Shown here: positions 48,485-57,712 of the stretch, piece by piece
Layout: the number at the start of each line of letters is the position of its first letter
Position numbering within the stretch: position 1 is the stretch's first letter
NCBI GenBank assembly: GCA_037925075.1
Contig: JAXSNR010000001.1
Coordinates: forward strand, 288,001-352,000
Reading direction: 5' to 3'
Source: Aquificaceae bacterium
GTDB lineage: Bacteria; Aquificota; Aquificia; Aquificales; Aquificaceae
DNA length: 64,000 bases
Translations under genes and position numbers: made by a program
The notes under the pieces: model-generated
The model's input: only the letters and a program-made list of their open reading frames with translations
Databases searched by the model: none
What the model was told of the DNA's origin: nothing

Positions 48485-49744
48485 ATGAAAAGGGTCCTTG
48501 TTTGGGGTCTTGGTGTAAGTGGAAGGTCTGCGGTGGAGCTATTGAAGGCTAAGGGCTTTGAGGTTTATGCGGGTGATGATGCAAGGGGTGATAGCTACAA
48601 GGAATATCTTGAGCTTGTGGATACAGTGGTGCTATCTCCGGGCATACCGCCAAGGCATCCTCTTTGGAGGGAAGCAGAGAAAAGAGGTATAGAGGTTATA
48701 GGAGAGCTTGAGTTAGCTTGGAAGTTTTTTAAGGGCAAAGCCTTAGCCATAACAGGCACCGACGGGAAATCCACAACCACAAGGCTCACATACCTTATGC
48801 TAAGGGAAACCTACGCCAACGTGGAAGAGGGAGCAAACGCAGGAAAGCCACTATCTGAGATAGTTTTGGGCAATCCTTCATGCCTTGCGGTCCTTGAGGT
48901 CTCTTCCTTTCAGGGAAAGACGCTAAAAACCTTTAGACCCATAGGGGGAGCCTTTTTGAACTTTTCCGAGGACCACCTTGATTGGCATCCAAGCCTTGGA
49001 GACTACCTTGAGAGCAAGAGGAACATATTCTCAAGACAAGAAGAAGAGGACTTTTTGCTTTTGAACGCCCAAGACCCAAGGGTAAAGGAAACGCCAAGCA
49101 AGGCAAGAAGTTTTTTTCTTCTCCAAGAAAGCTTGCATGGATACATAAAAGGGGGAAGGGCTTACTTTCTCGGTGAAGAGCTCTTTGAAGTGGAAAAGCT
49201 AAAAATAAAAGGAAAACACAACTGGCACAATGCCCTTTTTGCGTCCGCCATGGCAAGGCTTATGCAAGTACCAATGGAAGTCCTACAAGAGGTCCTTTAC
49301 AGCTTTGGGGGGCTTCCTTACAGAATGGAATACTTGGGAAGCTTTGGCGGTGTGGAGGTGTATAACGATTCCAAGTCCACCACCGTTAACGCCCTCAGGT
49401 CTGCCCTTGAAAGCTTTGATAGTGGAAAGGTGATCCTTATAGTGGGTGGAAGAGACAAGGGTGGGGATTTTGAGAGCATAAGGGAACTCGTTAAGAAGAA
49501 GACAAAGCTTAGCCTTATCATAGGTGAGGCAAAGGAAAGGATTGCAAGGGCGTGGCAAGGTTGTGAAACCTACTTGGTGAAAGACCTTGAGTCTGCAGTA
49601 TCAAAAGCCTTTGAGTTTGCAAAGCCTGGAGATGTTATTCTTTTCTCACCAGCCTGTGCTTCCTTTGATATGTTTAGAGACTACAAGGAAAGGGGAGAGA
49701 GGTTTAAGGAGTTGGTATTTAGGCACAGTGATAAAAATATATGA
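48485..49744 (+). CDS. murD: UDP-MurNAc-L-Ala--D-Glu ligase
   Basis: SPGIP, ITGTDGKSTT, EVSSFQ, DHLDWH, NDSKST, SPACASFDMF. Confidence 0.96.
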   Translation: MKRVLVWGLGVSGRSAVELLKAKGFEVYAGDDARGDSYKEYLELVDTVVLSPGIPPRHPLWREAEKRGIEVIGELELAWKFFKGKALAITGTDGKSTTTRLTYLMLRETYANVEEGANAGKPLSEIVLGNPSCLAVLEVSSFQGKTLKTFRPIGGAFLNFSEDHLDWHPSLGDYLESKRNIFSRQEEEDFLLLNAQDPRVKETPSKARSFFLLQESLHGYIKGGRAYFLGEELFEVEKLKIKGKHNWHNALFASAMARLMQVPMEVLQEVLYSFGGLPYRMEYLGSFGGVEVYNDSKSTTVNALRSALESFDSGKVILIVGGRDKGGDFESIRELVKKKTKLSLIIGEAKERIARAWQGCETYLVKDLESAVSKAFEFAKPGDVILFSPACASFDMFRDYKERGERFKELVFRHSDKNI

Positions 49745-49945
49745 GATGGCGTACTTCACATAATCTCAGCTTTGGGTCTTATGCCATCACAGTCAGGAAA
49801 GATAACTTTTTGCCAGTTTGCAAACAAAGAGCTCCCCAACTGGAAAGGGCTATCCTTTCTTTTATTTAGTGCCCTCTGGATGTATTTCTCTTGTTTGATC
49901 CCTTGACAATGCAATAAATCATAAATAAAAAATATAATATTAAGC

Positions 49946-50080
49946 ATGGACAAGATTAAAAAATTTCAGGAACTACTTAGGGAGATTTTTGAGTTTGAAG
50001 CATCGGACCTTGACAGTGACTTTGGTGAAGCAGAGATTAAATATATTGAACCAGAGTTTAAAAGATTGGTGGAGGAATAA
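49946..50080 (+). pseudogene. Remnant of a type III R-M methyltransferase (mod): N- and C-termini fused
   Basis: MDKIKKFQELLREIFEFEASDLD|SDFGEAEIKYIEPEFKRLVEE*. First half resembles Mod N-termini (KFQxLLRELFxFxxxDLDFG), second half resembles Mod C-termini (IExEFKRL). Recognised from memory, not searched. Confidence 0.7.
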
Positions 50081-50081
50081 A

Positions 50082-51248
50082 GTGTTAAAATTAAGAGGGC
50101 TTTATTATATAACACACATTGATAATATCCCTTCAATTTTAAAGAGGGGTATTTTATGCCATAAAAAAATAGAAGAAGAGGGAATAGAATTTACTCCCAT
50201 CTATGATGCTAATATAGTTTCAAATAGAAAAAATATCAAGTCGCCTGATGGCAAAAGTTTATGGGATTTTGCCAATCTATATTTTCAACCAAGAAATGCA
50301 ATGCTTTATAGTTTAGTTTTTTCCGGTAGGATAAAAATGGAAGATTTAGCAATTATCGGATTGAGTGCTAACATATTATATGAAAAAGATGTTCTAATTA
50401 CCGATGGCAATGCGGCCAGTTCAGATACCAAGATTTTCTCTAAGAAAGAAGCGCAAGAACGAATAAAAGCTATCAGAAAACAAGTTGACAAAGAATGGTG
50501 GACATCTGAAGATGGTTCTAAAAGGAAGTTAATGGCAGAATGTTTAGTACCAGATGAGGTTCCTCCAAAATATATCAGTGAAATATATGTTCCAAACCAT
50601 GAATCGCTGAAAAAATTGCAATCTAAAATAGCAGGCTCAAATATTTCGATTATTCCGGAACCAGAATTGTTCTTTCTTCCTTCTCGTAGTATTAAACTCA
50701 CAGAAAATCTTTCACTCGTTGAAGGAGATATGTTTTTTTCAAGAATGCAGACATTAACTATAAGTGTTAATACTATGGGGGTGATGGGCAAAGGCCTTGC
50801 CTCAAGGGCTAAATATCAATTTCCTGATGTATATGTTAAATATCAGGATTTATGTAAGAATAAAACTTTAAGAATGGGTAGACCTTATCTTTATAAACGC
50901 GAAACATCGTTAGATTATATATTAGCGGATGAGCCTGGAAACTTGACTAACATAAATTCACAGACTTGGTTTTTGCTTTTCCCCACGAAAACTGATTGGA
51001 GGAAAAAGGCCAATTTAAATGGAATAGAGGAAGGATTAAAATGGCTTGTTAATAACTATAAAAAAGAAGGTATAAAGTCTTTAGCGATTCCAGCATTAGG
51101 TTGTGGACTTGGATGGTTACCATGGGGAATTGTAGGTCCTATATTATGCCGTTATTTACAAAAATTGGACATTCCCATAAAATTATATTTGCCTGTTGAA
51201 AAAAAAATTCCTGATGAACAACTTTCAAAAGAATTTTTACTTGGGTGA
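50082..51248 (+). CDS. DarT (DUF4433) DNA ADP-ribosyltransferase fused to DarG-type macrodomain
   Basis: DarT motifs LYYITHIDN..SIL..GIL, YFQPRNAMLY, TDGNAAS, MAECLV; macro motifs EGDMF, VNTMGVMGKG, FPTK..W, IPALGCGLG. GTG start after GGAGG. AT-rich. Confidence 0.88.
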   Translation: MLKLRGLYYITHIDNIPSILKRGILCHKKIEEEGIEFTPIYDANIVSNRKNIKSPDGKSLWDFANLYFQPRNAMLYSLVFSGRIKMEDLAIIGLSANILYEKDVLITDGNAASSDTKIFSKKEAQERIKAIRKQVDKEWWTSEDGSKRKLMAECLVPDEVPPKYISEIYVPNHESLKKLQSKIAGSNISIIPEPELFFLPSRSIKLTENLSLVEGDMFFSRMQTLTISVNTMGVMGKGLASRAKYQFPDVYVKYQDLCKNKTLRMGRPYLYKRETSLDYILADEPGNLTNINSQTWFLLFPTKTDWRKKANLNGIEEGLKWLVNNYKKEGIKSLAIPALGCGLGWLPWGIVGPILCRYLQKLDIPIKLYLPVEKKIPDEQLSKEFLLG

Positions 51249-51254
51249 TACTAT

Positions 51255-51424
51255 ATGAGCATAGAAAAATACCTTTGGAAAGCTTTATCATCTCAATAAC
51301 GCCGAAACGGGAGGTAATGAAATCTACAAATTATAACGATAATATCCTATTCCTTGAAAACGAAAATTGGGTAGAAATGCTTTTTGAAAAAATTTTGCAA
51401 CAGGTTGAGGGTCAAAAATCGTAG
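51255..51424 (+). pseudogene. Remnant of a type III R-M restriction subunit (res): N- and C-termini joined out of frame
   Basis: MSIEKYL then, in another frame, LESFIISITPKREVMKSTNYNDNILFLENENWVEMLFEKILQQVEGQKS*, resembling Res C-termini (SFIIS.T...vLF.e...ie.lf.kI). Confidence 0.6.
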
Positions 51425-51513
51425 GTAGCATAAATTCTTACTTTCTTGTACTTTGCCAAATCGGTATGAGCTTTGTTATAATTTTCTGTCCATAAACCTT
51501 TACGGAGGCAGGC

Positions 51514-52668
51514 ATGAAACTGCATGAGCATCAGGCAAAGGAGCTTCTTAAAAAGTATGGTCTTCCTGTGCCAGAGGGAAGGGTAGCCTTTTCCCTTCAA
51601 GAAGCCATAGGTTTTGCGGAGGAGCTTGGTGAGTTTCCCCTTGTGGTAAAGGCTCAGGTGCATTGCGGCGGGCGTGGAAAGGCTGGCGGTGTAAAGCTTG
51701 TAAGAAATATGGAGGAGCTAAAGCAGGCGGTGGAGGGAATGCTTGGAAAGGTCCTTAAAACCTTTCAGTGCCCCGATGGAAAGCCAGTAAGTAGAGTTTG
51801 GATAGAAAAGGCAACCAACATACAAAAGGAGTACTACCTTTCCATAACCCTTGACAGGGCTGTTTCAAAGCCCATTTTGATGGCTTCCGCGGAAGGTGGT
51901 ATGGAGATAGAAGAGGTAGCAAAGGAAAAGCCGGAAGCCATACACATGCTTCACATAGACCCAGCCTTGGGACTTATGCCATCACAGGCAAGAAGGATAG
52001 CCTTTAAACTTGGATTGCCTGTAAATGACTTTGTCAAGACTGCCCTTGCCTTGTACAGGGCATACATAGAATTGGACGCAAGCCTTGTGGAGATAAACCC
52101 CCTTGTGCTTACAAAGGAAGGGAATCTTGTGCTTTTGGATGCAAAGGTGGAGATTGATGACAACGCTCTGATAAGACACAAGGACCTTGAAGAGCTTGAG
52201 GACCTTACCCAGCTTGACCCCCTTGAGGTGGAAGCCAAAAGGTACAGCCTTAACTACATAAAGCTTGATGGAAACATAGGCTGTATGGTAAACGGTGCTG
52301 GGCTTGCCATGACCACCATGGACATTATCAAGCTCGCAGGTGGAGAGCCTGCCAACTTCCTTGATGTGGGCGGTGGTGCCAACGTGGAGCAGATAGCCAA
52401 CGCCTTTAGGATCCTTATGGCGGACCCTAACGTAAAGGCTGTCTTTATAAACATCTTCGGCGGTATTCTCAGATGCGATAGGCTTGCTCAGGGGCTTATA
52501 GAAGCGGCAAAGATGGTAGATATTAAGGTCCCTGTGGTGGTGCGTATGGAAGGGACAAACGTGGAAGAAGGAAGAAGGCTACTGGCGGAGTCTGGGCTAA
52601 ACTTTATAAACGCAGTAGATATGTGGGATGGAGCAAAGAAGGCTGTGGAGTTGGCAAACAAAAGCTAA
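51514..52668 (+). CDS. sucC: Succinyl-CoA synthetase beta subunit
   Basis: [50 protein letters not shown]. Confidence 0.93.
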   Translation: MKLHEHQAKELLKKYGLPVPEGRVAFSLQEAIGFAEELGEFPLVVKAQVHCGGRGKAGGVKLVRNMEELKQAVEGMLGKVLKTFQCPDGKPVSRVWIEKATNIQKEYYLSITLDRAVSKPILMASAEGGMEIEEVAKEKPEAIHMLHIDPALGLMPSQARRIAFKLGLPVNDFVKTALALYRAYIELDASLVEINPLVLTKEGNLVLLDAKVEIDDNALIRHKDLEELEDLTQLDPLEVEAKRYSLNYIKLDGNIGCMVNGAGLAMTTMDIIKLAGGEPANFLDVGGGANVEQIANAFRILMADPNVKAVFINIFGGILRCDRLAQGLIEAAKMVDIKVPVVVRMEGTNVEEGRRLLAESGLNFINAVDMWDGAKKAVELANKS

Positions 52669-52680
52669 GGAGGTCTGAAG

Positions 52681-53562
52681 ATGGCAATCCTTGTGGACAA
52701 GAACACTAAGGTGGTGGTTCAAGGTATAACGGGCAAAGAAGGTTCCTTTCATGCGGTTCAGTGCAAAGCCTATGGCACACGCGTGGTTGCCGGCGTAACA
52801 CCGGGAAAGGCTGGGCAGTCGGTAGAAGGCATACCTGTTTTTAACACGGTGGAAGATGCGGTTAGAGAAACTGGAGCCAACTGTTCCCTTATCTTTGTCC
52901 CACCTGCCTTTGCAGGAGATGCCATAGTAGAAGCCCTTGATGCAGGTATAAAACTGGTGGTGTGCATCACAGAAGGCATACCGGTCAGAGACATGATGAT
53001 GGTAAAGGACTACATGAAGAAAAACTATCCCGATGCCAAGCTCATAGGTCCCAACTGTCCGGGAGTTATAACTCCGGGAGAGGCAAAGGTGGGCATAATG
53101 CCGGGGCACATATTTAAAAGGGGAACGGTGGGCATAGTTTCAAGAAGTGGAACGCTTACATACGAAGCTTCCTATCAGCTAACCCAGTATGGTCTTGGGC
53201 AGTCTACAGCGGTGGGCATAGGTGGAGACCCAGTTCATGGTCTTTCCCACAAGGATGTAATTGCCATGTTTAATGAAGACCCAGAGACAGAAGCCATACT
53301 GATGATAGGTGAAATAGGTGGTACCGCGGAAGAGGAAGCGGCAGAGTACATAAAGGAGCATGTGAAAAAGCCAGTCTTTGCCTACATTGCAGGCATAACC
53401 GCACCACCGGGAAGACGTATGGGACACGCAGGAGCCATAATAAGCGGAGGAAAAGGTACAGCCCAAGCAAAGATGCAGGCTTTGAGAGAAGCGGGAGTAA
53501 AAGTTATAGAAAACCCAGCCTTTATAGGCAGGACAGTGGCGGAATCTCTTGGCAAAGCATGA
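52681..53562 (+). CDS. sucD: Succinyl-CoA synthetase alpha subunit
   Basis: [26 protein letters not shown] (phospho-His). Confidence 0.95.
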   Translation: MAILVDKNTKVVVQGITGKEGSFHAVQCKAYGTRVVAGVTPGKAGQSVEGIPVFNTVEDAVRETGANCSLIFVPPAFAGDAIVEALDAGIKLVVCITEGIPVRDMMMVKDYMKKNYPDAKLIGPNCPGVITPGEAKVGIMPGHIFKRGTVGIVSRSGTLTYEASYQLTQYGLGQSTAVGIGGDPVHGLSHKDVIAMFNEDPETEAILMIGEIGGTAEEEAAEYIKEHVKKPVFAYIAGITAPPGRRMGHAGAIISGGKGTAQAKMQALREAGVKVIENPAFIGRTVAESLGKA

Positions 53563-53631
53563 TTAAGTTTATATTGATAAAATAAACCTGTGATATATTT
53601 TATAAGCCTAATCTTTTAAGGAGGTGTTAAT

Positions 53632-53850
53632 ATGGCTCTAAGGACCAAGGTTGATCCAGACACCTGCACTTCATGCGAGCTTTGTTATGACAGAGTGCCA
53701 GAGGTATACAAAAACAGGGGCGACGGTATAGCAGAAGTAGTCAGCCCTGGACCCGACGGATGGATGGCAGTACCAGCAGAACTTGAAGGCGAAGTCAAAG
53801 AGGTTACCGACGAATGTCCCAGTGGGTCCATCATAACAGAGGAAGTGTAA
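53632..53850 (+). CDS. fdx: [4Fe-4S] monocluster ferredoxin (Fd1)
   Basis: CTSCELC...ECP; SD GGAGGT. Confidence 0.93.
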   Translation: MALRTKVDPDTCTSCELCYDRVPEVYKNRGDGIAEVVSPGPDGWMAVPAELEGEVKEVTDECPSGSIITEEV

Positions 53851-54035
53851 GCGTAAAAGTTGACATAGATACATGCACCGCCTGTGAGCTGTGTTATGAA
53901 AGGCTCCCTGAGGTTTTCGTAGATAGGGGGGATGGTATCCCCCTCGTTTTCATAAAGGTACCCATACAAAAGGTCTACGAAAAGCTACTTAAGGTGGCAG
54001 AGGATTGCCCGAGCGGTTCTATAATTCTTTACTAA
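53850..54035 (+). CDS. Second tandem [4Fe-4S] ferredoxin (start uncertain)
   Basis: SVKVDIDTCTACELCY...DCPSGSI, a clear paralogue of the upstream ferredoxin. No ATG/GTG/TTG at the homologous start. Confidence 0.75.
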   Translation, partial: SVKVDIDTCTACELCYERLPEVFVDRGDGIPLVFIKVPIQKVYEKLLKVAEDCPSGSIILY

Positions 54036-54036
54036 G

Positions 54037-54792
54037 TTGGACAGGATAGTTTTTCTTGGTACTGCGGGCGGTAGGGCAAGCGTTTTTAGGTTTTTAAGAA
54101 GATCTGGAGGTTTTCTTCTTTTTCTTTCGGGAGGGCTTGTACATGTGGACCCAGGTCCGGGTGCCTTTGTATACTTGCATCAGATGGGAATAGACCCAAG
54201 AAGTATTGACCTTGTGGTTCTCTCTCATATACACCTTGACCATTCGTCGGACATAAACGCGGTTGTAGAGTCTGCTACCGACGGAGGAAAGACAAAAAAC
54301 GTGGCAGTCTTTGCTCCAGAGTCTGCCTTTGAAGGGCACGAAAGGGTGATTCTACCCTTTATAAGGCAAAGGCTTGCCATGGAAGGATTCCTGAAAGAAG
54401 GAAAGGAGCTTTCCTACAAGGGTGTAAGTGTAAAGGCGGTAATGAAACACACCCACCACGGGGCGGAAACCTATGCCCTTCTTTTTAACAACAGAGTCCT
54501 TTACGTATCCTGTGCTCTTTACGAGGAAAGGATGCTACAGGTATACCCTTACGGTGTGGATGTGATGATAATAAACACTACCCTTTACAGGAAAACAAAG
54601 CAGATAGACCATCTAACCGTTGAGGATGCGGAAAGGCTTATAGCCAACCTAAAACCCAAAAAAGCCATACTTACCCATTTTGGTTACGAGCTTTTAATAG
54701 ATCATGACCCAGAAGCGGTGGCAAGGGAGCTTTCCCAAAAGTATGGAATTCCAGTACTTTCCGCAAAGGACTTTATGGAGGTAATCCTGTAG
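54037..54792 (+). CDS. MBL-fold metallo-hydrolase
   Basis: FLGTAGG, VDPGPG, SHIHLDH (HxHxDH), LTHFG. Confidence 0.88.
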   Translation: MDRIVFLGTAGGRASVFRFLRRSGGFLLFLSGGLVHVDPGPGAFVYLHQMGIDPRSIDLVVLSHIHLDHSSDINAVVESATDGGKTKNVAVFAPESAFEGHERVILPFIRQRLAMEGFLKEGKELSYKGVSVKAVMKHTHHGAETYALLFNNRVLYVSCALYEERMLQVYPYGVDVMIINTTLYRKTKQIDHLTVEDAERLIANLKPKKAILTHFGYELLIDHDPEAVARELSQKYGIPVLSAKDFMEVIL

Positions 54793-55268
54793 TGCTTGAA
54801 GGCTTTTTCCCAGAACTTAAAAGATGGGCAGAGGGCTTTGTCTATGAACATGGCTACACAGCTCTTTTTATACTCTCTTTTTCCGAATCTATAATACAGC
54901 CTATTCCTCCCTACCCCTTTATAGTAAGTGCTCCCGTGTTTAAGCTTAGTCCCTACATGGCAGGGCTTGTTGCCTTTGTGGGAAACATACTTGGTGCCCT
55001 TTTTGCCTACTATCTTGCAAAGCTTCTTGGAGAAGCCTTTGTGAGGAAAATCTTGAGCCAGAAGATGTACCTAAAAGGCGAAGCCCTTTTTAACAGGTAC
55101 GGCTTTTGGGCAGTGCTTATAGGAGAGCCCTACAAATTGGTCTGTTGGCTTGCGGGTCTTTTTCACATGCCTCTGTGGGTCTTTTTGCTGGCAAGCCTTA
55201 TAGCGAGAGCCATAAGAATTGGGCTTTTTGTTTTCTTTGGTGATCTTTTGGGTAAGCTTCTAAGTTAG
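54792..55268 (+). CDS. YqaA/DedA-family membrane protein
   Basis: LSFSESIIQPIPP, PYK...AG, F..ASLIARAIR. Confidence 0.85.
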   Translation: MLEGFFPELKRWAEGFVYEHGYTALFILSFSESIIQPIPPYPFIVSAPVFKLSPYMAGLVAFVGNILGALFAYYLAKLLGEAFVRKILSQKMYLKGEALFNRYGFWAVLIGEPYKLVCWLAGLFHMPLWVFLLASLIARAIRIGLFVFFGDLLGKLLS

Positions 55269-55340
55269 TGGGTGCGGGAGGACTCGAACCCCCAACCGGG
55301 CGGTTATGAGCCGCCCGCTCTGCCATTGAGCTACGCACCC
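55269..55340 (-). tRNA. tRNA with CAU anticodon (probably tRNA-Ile2; elongator Met not excluded); CCA not encoded
   Basis: GGGTGCGTAGCTCAATGGCAGAGCGGGCGGCTCATAACCGCCCGGTTGGGGGTTCGAGTCCTCCCGCACCCA folds as a cloverleaf. Paired G1-C72 (not initiator); G3 and C29-G41. Upstream TTGCAA-17-TATAAT promoter. Confidence 0.92.
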
Positions 55341-55422
55341 TCAAAAAAATATTATAAAACCTCTTGACAAGCTTTGCAACTCTATGGTAGAGTTTTGGAA
55401 ATCTAGCCAGGGAGGTATTGCC

Positions 55423-56025
55423 ATGAAAAAGTTCATTTTTACCTTCGCCCTGGTGGGAGTCCTTTGCAGGCCCATAATGTATGTGTCCCCCTTAGGCATA
55501 GGTGGGCCTTCAGAGGTTTCCCACCAAAGTATTGAGTCCAACGAGGAACTTTTTGATGTGGACACAGTCAGCAAGATTGTGGCTACAGAGTTGTCTATAG
55601 AAGAAGCCATGAAGGAGCTTCTTAATGTTAAAACTGTGGAAACCGTCAAACCAGACCTATGGCCTGTGGTGGGTGTTATAACCTCTGATTACGGATGGAG
55701 AACTATGGGAAGGAGAAGGGAATTCCATACCGGTATAGACATATCCGCACCTTATGGAACGCCTGTGGTTGCCTCCTCCGATGGTAGGGTCATATACGCA
55801 GGATGGATAAGGGGTTATGGAAAGACGGTTATCATCTATCACGGTTATGGTTTTGCAACTCTATACTCACACCTATCGGACATAAAGGTCTTCTATTCAG
55901 ACAGGGTTGTAAAGGGACAAATAATAGGAAACATAGGGACTACTGGCAGGGCTTTTGGACCGCACTTGCATTACGAGGTCCTAAAATACGGTGTGAGACA
56001 AAACCCCATAGCATACCTGCCTTAG
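55423..56025 (+). CDS. M23-family metallopeptidase
   Basis: HTGIDI, YSHL, GPHLHYEV; signal peptide from ATG 55423. Confidence 0.92.
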   Translation: MKKFIFTFALVGVLCRPIMYVSPLGIGGPSEVSHQSIESNEELFDVDTVSKIVATELSIEEAMKELLNVKTVETVKPDLWPVVGVITSDYGWRTMGRRREFHTGIDISAPYGTPVVASSDGRVIYAGWIRGYGKTVIIYHGYGFATLYSHLSDIKVFYSDRVVKGQIIGNIGTTGRAFGPHLHYEVLKYGVRQNPIAYLP

Positions 56026-56573
56026 AGCAAACCCCTCCTTTTTAGGGCGTCTTCGTATATTCTTTTGTAGAGATGGTTCCACTCGGGAGTGCCCTCCACT
56101 ATCCTCTTTGAATAGGACCTTATCCTCTCTCTTACTTCCTTGTCTATCTCCTCTTCTTCTCTAAGTGCTTCCATAAGGATTTCCCTTATCCTGTTTCTTA
56201 TTACGCTTGGCTCCTCGTATATTTCCACGTTGGGGTCTTCCATTATCATGTCCCTTATTCTGTGGGCTATCTGGTTCATCCTTTCCCTTCTTGAGGTGTG
56301 TATGTTCATCTCCTCTGCAAGCTTGCTTCTGACCGTTTTGTAGGCAGTTCTATAATCAAGGCTGGTTTCTTCAAGAAGCTCTAACTTTTCTTTGAGTATT
56401 TCCTTGGTTTTTTCATCAAGCATTCTCTCTTGCTCCTCCGCCTCCTTGAATATGGCTATTATCTTTTTCTTAAAGGTGTATGGGTCTTCTGGCTCTATTA
56501 TTTTCTCGTTCTCGTATAGCTCCTTTATTATCCTGTCTGCTATCCTATCCACAAGCTTCTCAGGTAGCCTCAT
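56022..56573 (-). CDS. DUF507-family protein (two internal repeats)
   Basis: MRLPEKLVDRIA..., EEEIDKEVRERIRSYSKRIVEGTPEW..LY. Confidence 0.75.
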   Translation of the reverse strand: MRLPEKLVDRIADRIIKELYENEKIIEPEDPYTFKKKIIAIFKEAEEQERMLDEKTKEILKEKLELLEETSLDYRTAYKTVRSKLAEEMNIHTSRRERMNQIAHRIRDMIMEDPNVEIYEEPSVIRNRIREILMEALREEEEIDKEVRERIRSYSKRIVEGTPEWNHLYKRIYEDALKRRGLL

Positions 56574-56602
56574 ACACAGCCTCCTAAATCCTATCAATTA
56601 TA

Positions 56603-57307
56603 TCATAGAAAACTCTCAAGAAGACCTTTGACTTCTTGTGTGTATTCACCGCTGTCTTCGTTGATTATCAGAGGTTTTTCAACAACTGGCAAGGGTTTTA
56701 AATTTTTAAGACCATGTATGCATACAACTTTTGAGTTTTTATTTAGCTTTGGATGAAAAAATCTTAGTGATTCTACTTCCATTCTATGTTTTTTCATATG
56801 CACTATAGCTTCTACAAGGCGATTTGAAGCTATCAAAAGGTTAAAATGTCCACCATCTCTAAGCAAAAAGCTCGTTGTTTTTATAAAATCTTCAAGACTT
56901 GTATCCGTTTCATGATGGTAGGTGTTGCCCGATTTCTGCCCTCTATAAAAGGGTGGATTGGCAACCACCACATCAAAACTTTGAGCCTTTAGAAAATTTT
57001 CTATAGTTCGGAGGTCAAGGTCAAGAACATGGATTTTATCTTCAAGTTTGTTAAGCCTTATATTCTCTCTGAGAAGCTCAAGCATGAGGGGATCTCTTTC
57101 CAAAGCCCAGACTTGGCATCCATGTCTAAGAGATAGGAGTATGGAAAGAGCACCAAAGCCCGCGCCAAGGTCAAGGACTTTAGAACGCTTTTTTATACCT
57201 TTTAGATTTGCGACAAAGAGAATTTCCACTATGGATAGTCTGTGTGCCTTTGGCTGCCTAAACCTTACCTTTCCCCTGAAGAACTCAAACTCCTTAGACC
57301 CTTCCAA
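56603..57307 (-). CDS. SAM-dependent methyltransferase, TrmN6/YfiC-like
   Basis: VLDLGAGFG, VVANPPFY, HE. Confidence 0.8.
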   Translation of the reverse strand: MEGSKEFEFFRGKVRFRQPKAHRLSIVEILFVANLKGIKKRSKVLDLGAGFGALSILLSLRHGCQVWALERDPLMLELLRENIRLNKLEDKIHVLDLDLRTIENFLKAQSFDVVVANPPFYRGQKSGNTYHHETDTSLEDFIKTTSFLLRDGGHFNLLIASNRLVEAIVHMKKHRMEVESLRFFHPKLNKNSKVVCIHGLKNLKPLPVVEKPLIINEDSGEYTQEVKGLLESFL

Positions 57308-57695
57308 ACCTTTCTACAAGCTCAAGTAGTGTCCTTGCCCTCTCCTTAAGTCTTTCTAACTCTCCTATCTCTTCCATAGTCTGGGCGGTTGCCAACTTTC
57401 TCATGGCTTGGTCAAAGAGCTCCTTCTCCTTGCCGGGGTCAATATCTCCTATGTTGTAGGCTTCTTCCGCAAGGATTATGACCTTTTCGGGTGTCACATC
57501 CACAAAGCCATAGGTTACCGCAACGCCGTTTTCTTGCTTTCCATCAAAATAGACAAGTCCAGGCTTTAACATGGTCATAAGATACATATGCTTTTCAAGA
57601 ACTCCTATCTCACCTTCTGCGGTGGGTATGTTTACAGAGTTTACCTCCCTTGAAAAATGAAGCCCTTGAGGTGTGACGATTTCTACCTTTATCAT
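57294..57695 (-). CDS. atpC: F1 ATP synthase epsilon subunit
   Basis: VEIVTP, PTAEGEIGVL..H, GFVDV...VIILAE, helical C-terminus. Confidence 0.93.
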   Translation of the reverse strand: MIKVEIVTPQGLHFSREVNSVNIPTAEGEIGVLEKHMYLMTMLKPGLVYFDGKQENGVAVTYGFVDVTPEKVIILAEEAYNIGDIDPGKEKELFDQAMRKLATAQTMEEIGELERLKERARTLLELVERFGRV

Positions 57696-57712
57696 GGCGT
57701 TAAAATTATAGC

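Noticed and set aside
49756..49953. 65-aa minus-strand ORF between murD and the mod remnant
   Set aside because: Runs through the AT-rich promoter region with no motif or SD. It may include a gene fragment, but I cannot assign it.
49989..50081. N-terminal extension of the darTG ORF given in the track (TTG 49989)
   Set aside because: Overlaps the mod remnant in another frame; GTG 50082 has an SD and sits at the DarT domain start.
51514..53562. Citryl-CoA synthetase instead of succinyl-CoA synthetase
   Set aside because: Lengths and motifs fit canonical SucC/SucD; phylogeny would be needed to exclude it fully.
55269..55340. tRNA as integration site or initiator tRNA
   Set aside because: No duplicated 3' end or integrase seen; lacks the C1:A72 mismatch and three consecutive G-C anticodon-stem pairs of initiators.
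55363..55383. HAIR-like start (CTTGACAAGCTTTGC) upstream of the M23 gene
   Set aside because: No right arm; explained by overlapping divergent -35 boxes of the tRNA and M23 promoters.
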